Below, one piece after another: positions 7,426 through 15,642 of a stretch of 57,157 nucleotides of DNA; position 1 is the first letter of the stretch, and the number at the start of each line of letters is the position of its first letter. The notes under the pieces are model-generated. The model saw only the letters and a program-made list of their open reading frames with translations. It was not told the origin of the DNA and searched no databases. The stretch is from a virus: the IMG/VR virus record IMGVR_UViG_3300023106_000012, positions 1-57,157 of that record; one strand, 5' to 3'. Both the position numbers and the translations under genes were made by a program.

Positions 7426-7950
7426 TTAATATTCGATTGTTTTGTCCCAACAAATAATTTGCCCTTTAAATGTGGTTGGATATTTAAACCACAAAATTAA
7501 ATCGGCAAAGCTTAACCCGTCGTTATTCGCTACATCCTGGATTGTAAGAAGCCCTGCCTCATTACCGTCGATTTTAACCTCTTTGTCCTCGATACTAAAA
7601 TCCCAGGTCTTTACAACCTCAATATCGTTGTGAAAAGTTATTTGTGTTGAGCGATAAGGCTTACCGGACCATACTCGAGGAGAAAACAAATCTCCAGGTT
7701 TTAAAGACATGCCGGCGCGTATTGTATGGCCTTTACGTTGGTGTAACTCCGGTAATGGCGCCAACGACGTCCAAAAGTCAAATATAACATTTGTACTCTT
7801 ATCAGGATTTAGCTCTCTTAGTTTTTTGAGATAGCCCTCGCCTTTATAGTCAACATCAAAAACATTAAGCATTTTCTCAACAAAATAGGTTTGGCCCATG
7901 GTTGAATGATAAGCGGGAAACTCCCGGCTAAATGTTCTAACGGTGCTCAT
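7426..7950 (-). CDS. ASCH/PUA-like domain protein (tentative)
   Basis: 174 aa. KGHTIRAG...KPGD...RVWSGKPY resembles the ASCH GxKxxTxR core. Confidence 0.5.
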   Translation of the reverse strand: MSTVRTFSREFPAYHSTMGQTYFVEKMLNVFDVDYKGEGYLKKLRELNPDKSTNVIFDFWTSLAPLPELHQRKGHTIRAGMSLKPGDLFSPRVWSGKPYRSTQITFHNDIEVVKTWDFSIEDKEVKIDGNEAGLLTIQDVANNDGLSFADLILWFKYPTTFKGQIICWDKTIEY

Positions 7951-8200
7951 GGTGCTCGCCTTTTTCGGTTAGTGTAAATAAAGATACCGGCGGGTGAGCC
8001 GCTCCGGTTATCTGCAAAAATACAGGGCGTCCCTGATTTATTGCAGCAATGTCCTCCTCGCTTGGCTGCCATGCTGAAATATAATACGGAAAGCCCTGGC
8101 TTGTGACTTTCTGTACGTGTAAAGGTGAGCATTGCTCGTCGGTCATGTCGGCGGGCTTGTTTAGCACAAGGTTAGCGCCTGGGAAAATAATTGGTTTCAT
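7937..8200 (-). CDS. hypothetical protein
   Basis: 87 aa, overlap-coupled to both neighbours. Confidence 0.6.
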   Translation of the reverse strand: MKPIIFPGANLVLNKPADMTDEQCSPLHVQKVTSQGFPYYISAWQPSEEDIAAINQGRPVFLQITGAAHPPVSLFTLTEKGEHHEHR

Positions 8201-8955
8201 ACTGGGAATTGTCTTATTTTTAAATTTATTGGAAACTCGTCGATATTGCCGCCGTGTCGGTCTTTTAGGTTTAATTCTTTGGCCAAGTGTGTACCGAGCT
8301 GTTTAACGAAAACAGGAACCTCCAGGGCTTTGCAGTCGTTAACAATTCTCTCAATCCATTGTATCTCACAAGGCCGGTATCTGTATTTTCCGGTTTCGTT
8401 ACCGCTTTCCCCGCCGACGATAACCCAGTCAAAAAGAGCAAGCAATTTGTGGTCAATAATAACCTCGCTATGGAGCGGCTCAAGAGACAAAAACATTTGA
8501 TTTATGTTGACCTTTGTTGTCTGCATAATAATATCGGCTATTCGGTGAGAACTCCCTTGACTGCCAACACTTGTGCCTATCCAAACATTATCCCAACCAT
8601 GGCCCCAATCCGGCGGTAAGCATTTTGCAATACGTTCCGGTCTCTTGGTTAAAATTTGAAAAGTATGTTGAGGGCAATATCTTATGATATTCCACATTTC
8701 GTCTCTAAAATTATCAATATCCTCAATGAAAACATCAGTTAAGGAGCTCACGAAAATCTTTGACGGCTCTTTTAGCCTTAGCGGCATATTAAAGGTATTT
8801 CTTAAGGTCTTACGTACAACCATAGGGTTATATCTCGTTTCGTTAAGGCTACCTCGGTACATATAACAAAACTTGCAATCAGAGTCAACTTTTTTGCATC
8901 CTACCGCGATGTTCCAAGTATGGTCAGTCCATTGTATTTTTGAGTTTTCTGCCAT
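8197..8955 (-). CDS. phage Gp37/Gp68 family protein (DUF5131)
   Basis: 252 aa. The N-terminus SKIQWTDHTWNIAVGCKKVDSDCKFCYMY matches the family hallmark IEWTDxTWNPxxGCxxxSxGCxxCYA (Cys-x6-Cys-x2-Cys). Confidence 0.8.
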   Translation of the reverse strand: MAENSKIQWTDHTWNIAVGCKKVDSDCKFCYMYRGSLNETRYNPMVVRKTLRNTFNMPLRLKEPSKIFVSSLTDVFIEDIDNFRDEMWNIIRYCPQHTFQILTKRPERIAKCLPPDWGHGWDNVWIGTSVGSQGSSHRIADIIMQTTKVNINQMFLSLEPLHSEVIIDHKLLALFDWVIVGGESGNETGKYRYRPCEIQWIERIVNDCKALEVPVFVKQLGTHLAKELNLKDRHGGNIDEFPINLKIRQFPV

Positions 8956-9107
8956 TATTTTTTATTTAGGTGATTATCTATTACTCTATTAACCTGGTGC
9001 CGGGTTACTTTGTATCTATCACAAAGCTCTTTAACGGTGTTGTTTTCTCCGGACAACCATCTTTTCAAAATCCAAGTCGATTTATTTTTTGTAATATGCT
9101 TAGCCAT
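8955..9107 (-). CDS. small helix-turn-helix protein (below the ORF-track cutoff)
   Basis: Hand-translated 50 aa: MAKHITKNKSTWILKRWLSGENNTVKELCDRYKVTRHQVNRVIDNHLNKK. The stop overlaps the next ATG as TAATG. Confidence 0.5.
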   Translation of the reverse strand: MAKHITKNKSTWILKRWLSGENNTVKELCDRYKVTRHQVNRVIDNHLNKK

Positions 9108-9513
9108 TAAACCACTCTTTAATTGCAATTTGGGCGTCAGTACTTGGAGTAATTACATTTTGACAGCCGTTAAATTTTAATTCTGCATTGCATTTATATA
9201 ACTTACAAAATGCAATTATATCCGGTATTACTGTCTGCAAATTTGAGCCGGCCAAAGGGTCGAAAACTACCGTACTAACTATCCTTAAATAACTATTCTT
9301 AGTAACGGGTTCCGGTGTTATCTGTTTAAAAAGCTCCTCTATGCCTCTGCTGTCTTTAACTGACTTTCCGCTAAACCATTCAGATTTTGGAAAGTATTGA
9401 ACTTTTTGGCCTCGATACCAAAATTTTATCATTGATTGGGTTACGCTTATTATGTCGTAACCTAAATCAACAATTTTTTGCTCAATTTGCTCAGGGGTGA
9501 GTTTTTTTGCCAT
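9100..9513 (-). CDS. hypothetical protein
   Basis: 137 aa ORF. Confidence 0.7.
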   Translation of the reverse strand: MAKKLTPEQIEQKIVDLGYDIISVTQSMIKFWYRGQKVQYFPKSEWFSGKSVKDSRGIEELFKQITPEPVTKNSYLRIVSTVVFDPLAGSNLQTVIPDIIAFCKLYKCNAELKFNGCQNVITPSTDAQIAIKEWFNG

Positions 9514-9836
9514 TATTTCCGTCGTGCTTTAATAATTAAAACTGATTGCTCTATCCCGTGGATATAGCTCTGTAGCATGGTTTTAAAAACAGGTTTTTGC
9601 ACGAGATACTCACGATTTTCTTTGTCGAAAATAACAGTCATGTAAACAAAATCATTTTCTCGGGGTGGTGTTGTAATGGTAAAGCCCATTTCATCCAGGT
9701 AAGAAACATAATAAGCAACTTGCTCGATTTCGTTCTTTTCAAAAATAACAGACGCGTCGTAATCAAAATAGTGCATATTTATCTTTCTCAACCAGGAAAG
9801 AAAATTTTGCATAAAAATAACATCATTAAATCGCAT
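9513..9836 (-). CDS. hypothetical protein
   Basis: 107 aa ORF. Confidence 0.65.
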   Translation of the reverse strand: MRFNDVIFMQNFLSWLRKINMHYFDYDASVIFEKNEIEQVAYYVSYLDEMGFTITTPPRENDFVYMTVIFDKENREYLVQKPVFKTMLQSYIHGIEQSVLIIKARRK

Positions 9837-9838
9837 AG

Positions 9839-10177
9839 CTAAAAAGTTATAGAAGCAACGGCCTCTTGGTTAGTAATATTTAAATCAATTTCGTCATTGT
9901 CGAAAGTAAAAACACAAACCGACTGTATCGAGATACTCGACACATCCCAGTAAGAGCCTCGACCCTCCCAATCTCCTCGGTCGCTGTGATAATTTCCCTC
10001 ATGGAATTTATCAACCATAGAGGCAATTACCTCGATGGTCAGCTCGTAACCGATTTGGTTTTTTTCGCTAAAATATTTTGACGATAAATAAACAACCTGG
10101 TCTTGGTCGTCATGGTGGTCTATGGCCTCATTAATATCGCTTAGGCCACTAAGCAGGATGTTTTTTATATTTTCCAC
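9839..10177 (-). CDS. strongly acidic hypothetical protein (first gene of an early operon)
   Basis: 112 aa. GTG start in ATCGTGGAAAAT, 17 nt after the -7 box. Hand count is about 21 D/E against 6 K/R. Confidence 0.65.
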   Translation of the reverse strand: MENIKNILLSGLSDINEAIDHHDDQDQVVYLSSKYFSEKNQIGYELTIEVIASMVDKFHEGNYHSDRGDWEGRGSYWDVSSISIQSVCVFTFDNDEIDLNITNQEAVASITF

Positions 10178-10194
10178 GATATAAAAGTTTTTAG

Positions 10195-10240
10195 CAAATA
10201 TAATAATTATAATACAACAACAAAGTATTTTATAATATTA
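10195..10240 (-). promoter_or_regulatory. conserved early-type promoter (member B)
   Basis: Minus strand: ATTATAAAATACTTTG-N18-TATATTTG. -7 box at 10195..10202 and -33 at 10221..10224. Confidence 0.75.
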
Positions 10241-10756
10241 AAAAAATCCCTCGCTTTTAAATTCAATAATTTTTTGATTTATCCAATGTATATCAGTAAT
10301 CAGCTTTTGCAATCCAAAATACATAATACAAAGCGCGTCGGCTGTTTTTAAGTTCACCTTAGCCTCCGGAAAATGTTGTTGAGCAAATTGCTTATATAAA
10401 TTTTTCCTTTCCATTGAGCTAAGCCCTTTCGGTAAATTTAGGGGTGATTGCCAGGTCTTAGGATGCACCTCTATAAATGGAATGTCGTTTATAATTAACA
10501 CGGTCTTAATTTGCTCGAATTGAGCAAGAAGTTTATTAATACCAAACTTTAAACCACCAACCTCGTCGTCCTCAACAAAGGCTTGCACTTTCTCGACGAA
10601 AACAACAATCTCCGGGTTATTGTCCCGGAGTTGTATCAAATATTCATTGAGGCGCTTTACATTTTCCGGCATGGCAACGGCCGAGGCAAATCCTTTTTTA
10701 TACTGGGCTATGCCGCCGCCTTTACCTGGGTCTATTCCTATTACAGTTTTTGCCAT
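10238..10756 (-). CDS. RuvC-like Holliday junction resolvase
   Basis: 172 aa. IGIDPGKGGGIA (first catalytic Asp), FVEKVQA, TADALCIMYFG. Confidence 0.8.
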   Translation of the reverse strand: MAKTVIGIDPGKGGGIAQYKKGFASAVAMPENVKRLNEYLIQLRDNNPEIVVFVEKVQAFVEDDEVGGLKFGINKLLAQFEQIKTVLIINDIPFIEVHPKTWQSPLNLPKGLSSMERKNLYKQFAQQHFPEAKVNLKTADALCIMYFGLQKLITDIHWINQKIIEFKSEGFF

Positions 10757-10923
10757 TACTCAATATTTAAAAATTTCTTAAGCTTTGCAGTTACACCGCG
10801 ACCCGGAGCAATCAGCTTTATAAAATAGGCCTCGCCCTCTTGACGGTGTGCGATATAACCCTCAAACTTCTTTTTGGCGCCGTCATATTGCGCTTTCGTT
10901 ACTGGAATTGATTTATTGTACAT
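10756..10923 (-). CDS. small hypothetical protein (below the ORF-track cutoff)
   Basis: Hand-translated 55 aa: MYNKSIPVTKAQYDGAKKKFEGYIAHRQEGEAYFIKLIAPGRGVTAKLKKFLNIE. TAATG junction with the RuvC gene. Confidence 0.45.
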   Translation of the reverse strand: MYNKSIPVTKAQYDGAKKKFEGYIAHRQEGEAYFIKLIAPGRGVTAKLKKFLNIE

Positions 10924-11992
10924 CTGTAAAAGTGTGTTTTTTTTCTCTCAATGATAAAAATACCTGTTTAGCTAAAATGGTCTCGGCCATTTCCCTCACA
11001 TCCTCCGGACCCATTTCGGAAAGCTTTCTATTTCTCTCGGCGAGCCTAACCTCCCGGTCGGCATATCTAAGAGTAAATTTAACGTAGTCAACGGTGTCTT
11101 TTCGTAACACGAGCTCGGCAAATTGTAACGCCTCCTCGTCAATCATAACAAAATCACTCTCTTTTAAAAACCCAAGAGATAGCAGTTGTTTTTTTATATA
11201 TTTCCAATCTATCCAACCCATGTTTTTTATATACTCGTCGTCGTCATTAATGAGCTCGTTAAGGTATTTTATAACATCCGGTTTTTGGATTTCTTTTTTT
11301 ACTGGAGATAATTTTTTCCAGTTCTCGGCAATCTCCTCTTGAGTGAGCGGCCTGGTACCTGCCATTTGCCGAAAGCTCTTGTTATCGGCTAAAAATTTTA
11401 CATCGACCCAATGCACCATTTGCTTTAATCGGTCAGCAAGGCGCCCGTCATAACACTCTCCCATTTGGGCAATAGTTAAGTTGGTGGTGCCGTATGTTTT
11501 CCAACCTTTTTTAATCCACATTTCATATCGGTAAAGCAAGACAAAACGTAAAACGTTAACCATGTTTTTGCTCTTTTTAATCTGAAAGGTTTTGTTTTCG
11601 CCCTCGTCGCCAATATCGTCGATATATAAATTACGAACTTTTATAAAATCTTTGAGGGCGTCCTCGCCGTTTTCTATGCAGTAAAGTACCAAATCCTTTG
11701 CCGTGGTACGTTTAAATATATTCCTTTTCTCAACGCGCTTGCAACGGTGCTCGATAACATCAAAGAAAAAAGATTTGCCTTGCCCATAATTGGGAGAGGC
11801 CATTATTATACCACGACCGTAATCCATTTCTTTATTGTTATCCAACTTAAAAAAGGCATCCAGGCAAAAAGTATACTTTTCTTTTACTGCATTTCCGTCG
11901 AGATATTTTTTTACGAAAAATAATTCGGCCTCTTGCTTAAACTTCTCGTAAGCGTAATCGGAGGGCTTTAGCGGTAAATTAATTTGTGTCAT
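10913..11992 (-). CDS. DnaC/IstB-like AAA+ helicase loader
   Basis: 359 aa. Walker A SPNYGQGKS, Walker B LYIDDIGDE, sensor TTNL. Confidence 0.7.
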   Translation of the reverse strand: MTQINLPLKPSDYAYEKFKQEAELFFVKKYLDGNAVKEKYTFCLDAFFKLDNNKEMDYGRGIIMASPNYGQGKSFFFDVIEHRCKRVEKRNIFKRTTAKDLVLYCIENGEDALKDFIKVRNLYIDDIGDEGENKTFQIKKSKNMVNVLRFVLLYRYEMWIKKGWKTYGTTNLTIAQMGECYDGRLADRLKQMVHWVDVKFLADNKSFRQMAGTRPLTQEEIAENWKKLSPVKKEIQKPDVIKYLNELINDDDEYIKNMGWIDWKYIKKQLLSLGFLKESDFVMIDEEALQFAELVLRKDTVDYVKFTLRYADREVRLAERNRKLSEMGPEDVREMAETILAKQVFLSLREKKHTFTDVQ

Positions 11993-12765
11993 AATAAATC
12001 TTTGCTCGTTGCAGCCTCGTCAACAAAATTATTGGAACCGGCCGACGTTAATAATCCTTTTTCCTCGGCATTTATCAGGTAGCCGTTAAAGTGTTTGCCA
12101 AATAGCGTCTCCGGTCGCAACCACTTTCTCGCCTGGGCATCTTTTCCCCACTCTGTAACCTTGTAATCAATAACCTTTTTAAAATCCTCCAGGCTATATT
12201 TTTTTTCTTTAATCCTGGCCTTAATATCGGTTTGATTGTTTTTGCTTGTAACGTCGAAACCTCGACCGCCTTTTTTTTCGTTCAGATATTTTAAAATATC
12301 CTCCGGCAAGCTTGGCACGGCGTCGCTTTTGTCAAAAAGCGACAAAGAGCTTTTTTCTTTTTCTTTATTATTATTTTCTTTATTATTATTTGTTTCAAAA
12401 TTTTTGAAATCTTGTATTTGAATTTCTTTAACACCAGTATTGAAAAAATTTAAAATCTTGTATTCAAGAATTTTAAAATGTACACGGGCGGGCATTCCTT
12501 TTAACTTACACTCAACAAAACCAAACTCGTGTAAAGCCTTTAGAGCCTCTTTTTGTTTGTAGAAACTCAAGGTCGTTGTGCTCTCTATATCCTTTGCAGT
12601 ATTATAAAAAAAACCATCCTCGTCGAGCTGATTATTTACTAAAAAATACCCGTGCTTAGCGATTAAGTCGGCGAGGAGCAAAGCCGCCTCAATCCCTACC
12701 GATTTGGCCATTTCTTTATTTACCATCCAAAAGGCACCGTCTCCAAGTAGCTTATGGATATACAT
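11989..12765 (-). CDS. replisome organizer / DnaD-like replication initiator
   Basis: 258 aa. Winged-helix-like N-terminus, an N/K/E low-complexity linker, and a C-terminus (VTEWGKDAQARKWLRPETLFGKHFNGYL) resembling the conserved phage C-terminus Phg_2220_C. Confidence 0.6.
   Translation of the reverse strand: MYIHKLLGDGAFWMVNKEMAKSVGIEAALLLADLIAKHGYFLVNNQLDEDGFFYNTAKDIESTTTLSFYKQKEALKALHEFGFVECKLKGMPARVHFKILEYKILNFFNTGVKEIQIQDFKNFETNNNKENNNKEKEKSSLSLFDKSDAVPSLPEDILKYLNEKKGGRGFDVTSKNNQTDIKARIKEKKYSLEDFKKVIDYKVTEWGKDAQARKWLRPETLFGKHFNGYLINAEEKGLLTSAGSNNFVDEAATSKDLL
12361..12390. repeat. tandem 15-mer x2 inside the replisome-organizer gene
   Basis: ttctttattattatt twice in tandem, encoding the NNNKE low-complexity linker. 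Confidence 0.85.
12393..12464. repeat. 17-bp palindrome plus 12-bp direct repeats (iteron-like)
   Basis: TTTCAAAATTTTTGAAA at 12393..12409. aaatcttgtatt at 12407..12418 and again at 12453..12464. Confidence 0.7.
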
Positions 12766-12766
12766 A

Positions 12767-13600
12767 TTATCCCTGGTTAATTTCGTCGATAGCTAACTCA
12801 ACCCTCGCTCTAAGGGCTTTTTTGTCCTCCTCCGGCACTTTAAAGCGAATGATGTTAAGATTATCAATACCGGTCTCTTTCATTAGATACGGGAGCTCCT
12901 CTATCGTTTTTCGTTCGATTGTATAATAACCAGGACCATCCTCCGACGTATTGAATAGCTTTATATCCTGTAACTCCTCAAAATATGGCATATAAACAAT
13001 TAACTCGGCATATTCCGCACCCGTAATACAAGCATTACTTACAAGTTGCCAGTAATATTTTTTACCCTCTTTTGAGCGGTCTCTTATCATTTTTATAACA
13101 TCGTTACCGTTTATCTTTTCTCTTTTGGTAACGTTAACACCGTCAAAAATATAAAGGTCTCTAACCAGGTTATAAAATCCTTTTTTTGATGTAGGACATT
13201 TTATGTCGGTTACGGTTTTAGCCTGTAATATTTTATAACCTTTCTCCTCTAAAATTACAGTAATAATTTCTTTTAGTTTTTTACTTGACTTTAAGCCGTC
13301 CGGCGTTCCAACCCATTCCTCGAGCTCCGGGTGCATAAGTGTTACGTCGGATTGAAATACATACTCTGTACCGAGTAACTCATGCACTATGCGCTCACAT
13401 AGCTTGCCCCAATGAAAGTGAAAGACCTCGGCGCTTGTTTCGTCGGACGGTGCTTTAAAAAATCGCTCCATAATGCAAGCCTCAACATAGGATTTAAAAG
13501 GAGCCCCAACGCTCCCGCGTGATGTTCCGTTACTCATTAAATCCACTATTTCGCCGGATGTAACGCGGCCGGTCCTGATATTTGATAATTTATTTTCCAC
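12767..13600 (-). CDS. YqaJ-like PD-(D/E)XK recombination exonuclease
   Basis: 277 aa. GTPDGL ... VTDIKCP catalytic motifs. GTG start (GTGGAAAAT). Confidence 0.75.
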   Translation of the reverse strand: MENKLSNIRTGRVTSGEIVDLMSNGTSRGSVGAPFKSYVEACIMERFFKAPSDETSAEVFHFHWGKLCERIVHELLGTEYVFQSDVTLMHPELEEWVGTPDGLKSSKKLKEIITVILEEKGYKILQAKTVTDIKCPTSKKGFYNLVRDLYIFDGVNVTKREKINGNDVIKMIRDRSKEGKKYYWQLVSNACITGAEYAELIVYMPYFEELQDIKLFNTSEDGPGYYTIERKTIEELPYLMKETGIDNLNIIRFKVPEEDKKALRARVELAIDEINQG

Positions 13601-13606
13601 AATGTT

Positions 13607-14560
13607 TTATTTTTTAGGTGTATTAATAGCCTCCAGTAATTTCAAAACTTTATCATAACTGGAAACCTCTTGGTTATCAATTATTCTTTTTATGTTTGGC
13701 CGGTCAGCGACTGGCACAAGTTTTCTCTTAGCAGTAAACAACTCTTTTATTTTTTTAAGCTTTTCGAGAGCCCGCTCGTCGACGCCGGCGCTCGTAGCTT
13801 TTTCTTTAGGCTTTTTAAAAACATAATCAACCGAAGCGTCCCCGTCTTTAATGGCCTGGCCAAAACCTATAAGAGCAAGTAGGTCGTCCGGTATTACGTT
13901 GGATATTTCGCGCTTACCAATGGAATAGAGCACCTCCTCGTCTTTCAGCTTATACTTGCTTTTCAGCTCCTCAAAAATCTCATTTTTTCGGCTTAAAAAT
14001 CGTTCCTTATCACTAATATCCCCGATAATCATATTCTTAGCTTCTCGGTTTATTTTATTGGTAAAAGCTTGTGGAATAACTGAAAAAATAGCATTTCTCA
14101 AAGCGATAGAGTTAGCAGCGTTACCGGTAACCGTTATCATGTCGTTGCTCATTCTAACAAGGCGGCCGGCGTTGTAATACATAATTGAACGCTTAACCTC
14201 GATGGTAAGGCCAAAATTTGTCTCCAGGTCGTAGGCCATGCCCTTAGACGTTACACTATTGCCGTCAATACTTATAACCTTAGCCTCGGCCATAAAGTTT
14301 CCGAAATATTGAGCCATAACCTTAGCGAGGTGAACGGTTGGCCCTTGGATAGCCTTGCCGCCCCCTGGTAGCGCATAATTACACGACTGGGCGGTTTCCA
14401 GGTCGAGCGTTACGGTCGTGATAGCATTTTTAAGAAATAGCTCCAGGTTTCTCGGATAAGCTTTGGCTGTGCTCATAGCAATCTCATATTTTGCCCGCTC
14501 TTGCTCAAAAAATGAATTTTGGTTTATAGCCTCCGGGTTAAATACTTTTATATTTTCCAT
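13607..14560 (-). CDS. putative single-strand annealing protein (RecT-like, tentative)
   Basis: 317 aa, immediately upstream of the YqaJ exonuclease (the classic exo plus SSAP pair). Contains CNYALPGGGKAIQGPTVHLAKVMAQYFGN. Confidence 0.5.
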   Translation of the reverse strand: MENIKVFNPEAINQNSFFEQERAKYEIAMSTAKAYPRNLELFLKNAITTVTLDLETAQSCNYALPGGGKAIQGPTVHLAKVMAQYFGNFMAEAKVISIDGNSVTSKGMAYDLETNFGLTIEVKRSIMYYNAGRLVRMSNDMITVTGNAANSIALRNAIFSVIPQAFTNKINREAKNMIIGDISDKERFLSRKNEIFEELKSKYKLKDEEVLYSIGKREISNVIPDDLLALIGFGQAIKDGDASVDYVFKKPKEKATSAGVDERALEKLKKIKELFTAKRKLVPVADRPNIKRIIDNQEVSSYDKVLKLLEAINTPKK

Positions 14561-14850
14561 TAGGCCTCCTCTTTTAATTTTTCTTTAAAAATATCCTCGA
14601 GCTTGCACCCTACCAAATTCATAAGGTATGAAATACAATGTAAGATGTAGGGAGGTTGTTTTTTCCATTGCCTGAAAATCATTGGATGCACCTTTAGCTC
14701 TTTAGCCAATCTAATTTTGGTCATGGGTTTTAAATCCGGGTTTCGCTTATTCCATGTATCAATAACATGGTCGATGTCAATTGTCATACCCTCGGCAATG
14801 CTCCTCGGTCTTTTTGTTGTCTCCTCAACAATTTTTTTCTCTTTAGCCAT
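14560..14850 (-). CDS. helix-turn-helix DNA-binding protein
   Basis: 96 aa from ATG 14850 (ORF track 14886). MTKIRLAKELKVHPMIFRQWKK is HTH-like. Confidence 0.55.
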   Translation of the reverse strand: MAKEKKIVEETTKRPRSIAEGMTIDIDHVIDTWNKRNPDLKPMTKIRLAKELKVHPMIFRQWKKQPPYILHCISYLMNLVGCKLEDIFKEKLKEEA

Positions 14851-14864
14851 AATAAAAAATTTAT

Positions 14865-15149
14865 TTATTTGTGATGTTCGATACATTCGTTTTTAGTATC
14901 AAAAATTAAATCATGTCCTTTTATTCCAGTTTCCAGGCTTAGCCTTTTAGCCATTAAAACAAAATCATTTTCGTCTCCTTTTATAATCATGTGCCCCGCA
15001 CATTGCAGACGCGTCCGGCTTGTCTTGTGGCACGTAAAAGAGGACGCGGCAAGTATGTTGATAATTCTCTCCTCGCCAAGCCAACCCTCGGGCGCGTCTT
15101 TACGAAAAGGACAATCTTTACATGGCGCCTTTATGTTTGGCAGCTTCAC
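14865..15149 (-). CDS. Cys-rich hypothetical protein
   Basis: 94 aa. GTG start overlapping the upstream stop (GTGA). CKDCPF ... FTCHKT ... CAGH. Confidence 0.65.
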   Translation of the reverse strand: MKLPNIKAPCKDCPFRKDAPEGWLGEERIINILAASSFTCHKTSRTRLQCAGHMIIKGDENDFVLMAKRLSLETGIKGHDLIFDTKNECIEHHK

Positions 15150-15316
15150 GATAAAATTATTATATGAAACTCGCCGTAATCCTCATGGGTCTTTATTGTA
15201 CGGGTGTACGGGCTTTCATATTCCTTTGTAAGTTCTGAAATTGGCCGGTCGAATGCCGGGTCTTTAATGTCGACCATATAAGGTATGGGTCGATAAGTTC
15301 GTCTTGAATTTTCCAC
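15146..15316 (-). CDS. small hypothetical protein (below the ORF-track cutoff)
   Basis: Hand-translated 56 aa: (V/M)ENSRRTYRPIPYMVDIKDPAFDRPISELTKEYESPYTRTIKTHEDYGEFHIIILS. GTG start in ATCGTGGAAAAT, 22 nt after the -7 box. Confidence 0.45.
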   Translation of the reverse strand: MENSRRTYRPIPYMVDIKDPAFDRPISELTKEYESPYTRTIKTHEDYGEFHIIILS

Positions 15317-15338
15317 GATTGCAAGTATTTTATTTATG

Positions 15339-15380
15339 CAAATATAATATATTTATATTACGTTGTATAAATATTTTTTA
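15339..15380 (-). promoter_or_regulatory. conserved early-type promoter (member E, more divergent upstream half)
   Basis: -7 TATATTTG at 15339..15346, with the spacer AATATAAATATAT related to the other members. It directly follows a terminator. Confidence 0.65.
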
Positions 15381-15386
15381 TTACTA

Positions 15387-15418
15387 CAAAAAAAATACCA
15401 CCCTGTAAAGAGTGGTAT
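15387..15418 (-). terminator. intrinsic terminator
   Basis: ATACCAC-loop-GTGGTAT followed by a T8 run. Confidence 0.7.
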
Positions 15419-15518
15419 TTAAAAGTGAAAAACTTTTTGCCTCTGTCAAGGCGGTTGTGGAAAATTACGCCTCAAAGATATAAAAATATATCAATTACTA
15501 TGTACAATTATAGTATTT

Positions 15519-15526
15519 CAAAAATA
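15519..15526 (-). promoter_or_regulatory. -7-like box TATTTTTG inside the 222-bp non-coding region
   Basis: Minus strand GTATAATTATAATAGCTTATTTTTG resembles the spacer plus -7 of the promoter family. No TTG at -33. Confidence 0.35.
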
Positions 15527-15642
15527 AGCTATTATAATTATACGTTTTTTTATCCTGTAAAGCACGTTCTCGTATGGCAATGATATAAGACCGCTCCCTA
15601 ACGTAAAAGTCTCTTAAATCGAAAATTCGATTTTTTGGAAAA

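Noticed and set aside
14560-14850. The HTH protein, with the exonuclease/annealing-protein module, as evidence of a lysogeny switch.
   Set aside because: I found no integrase, excisionase, divergent promoter pair or CI-like repressor. All genes are co-oriented. The HTH protein is more simply an early regulator.
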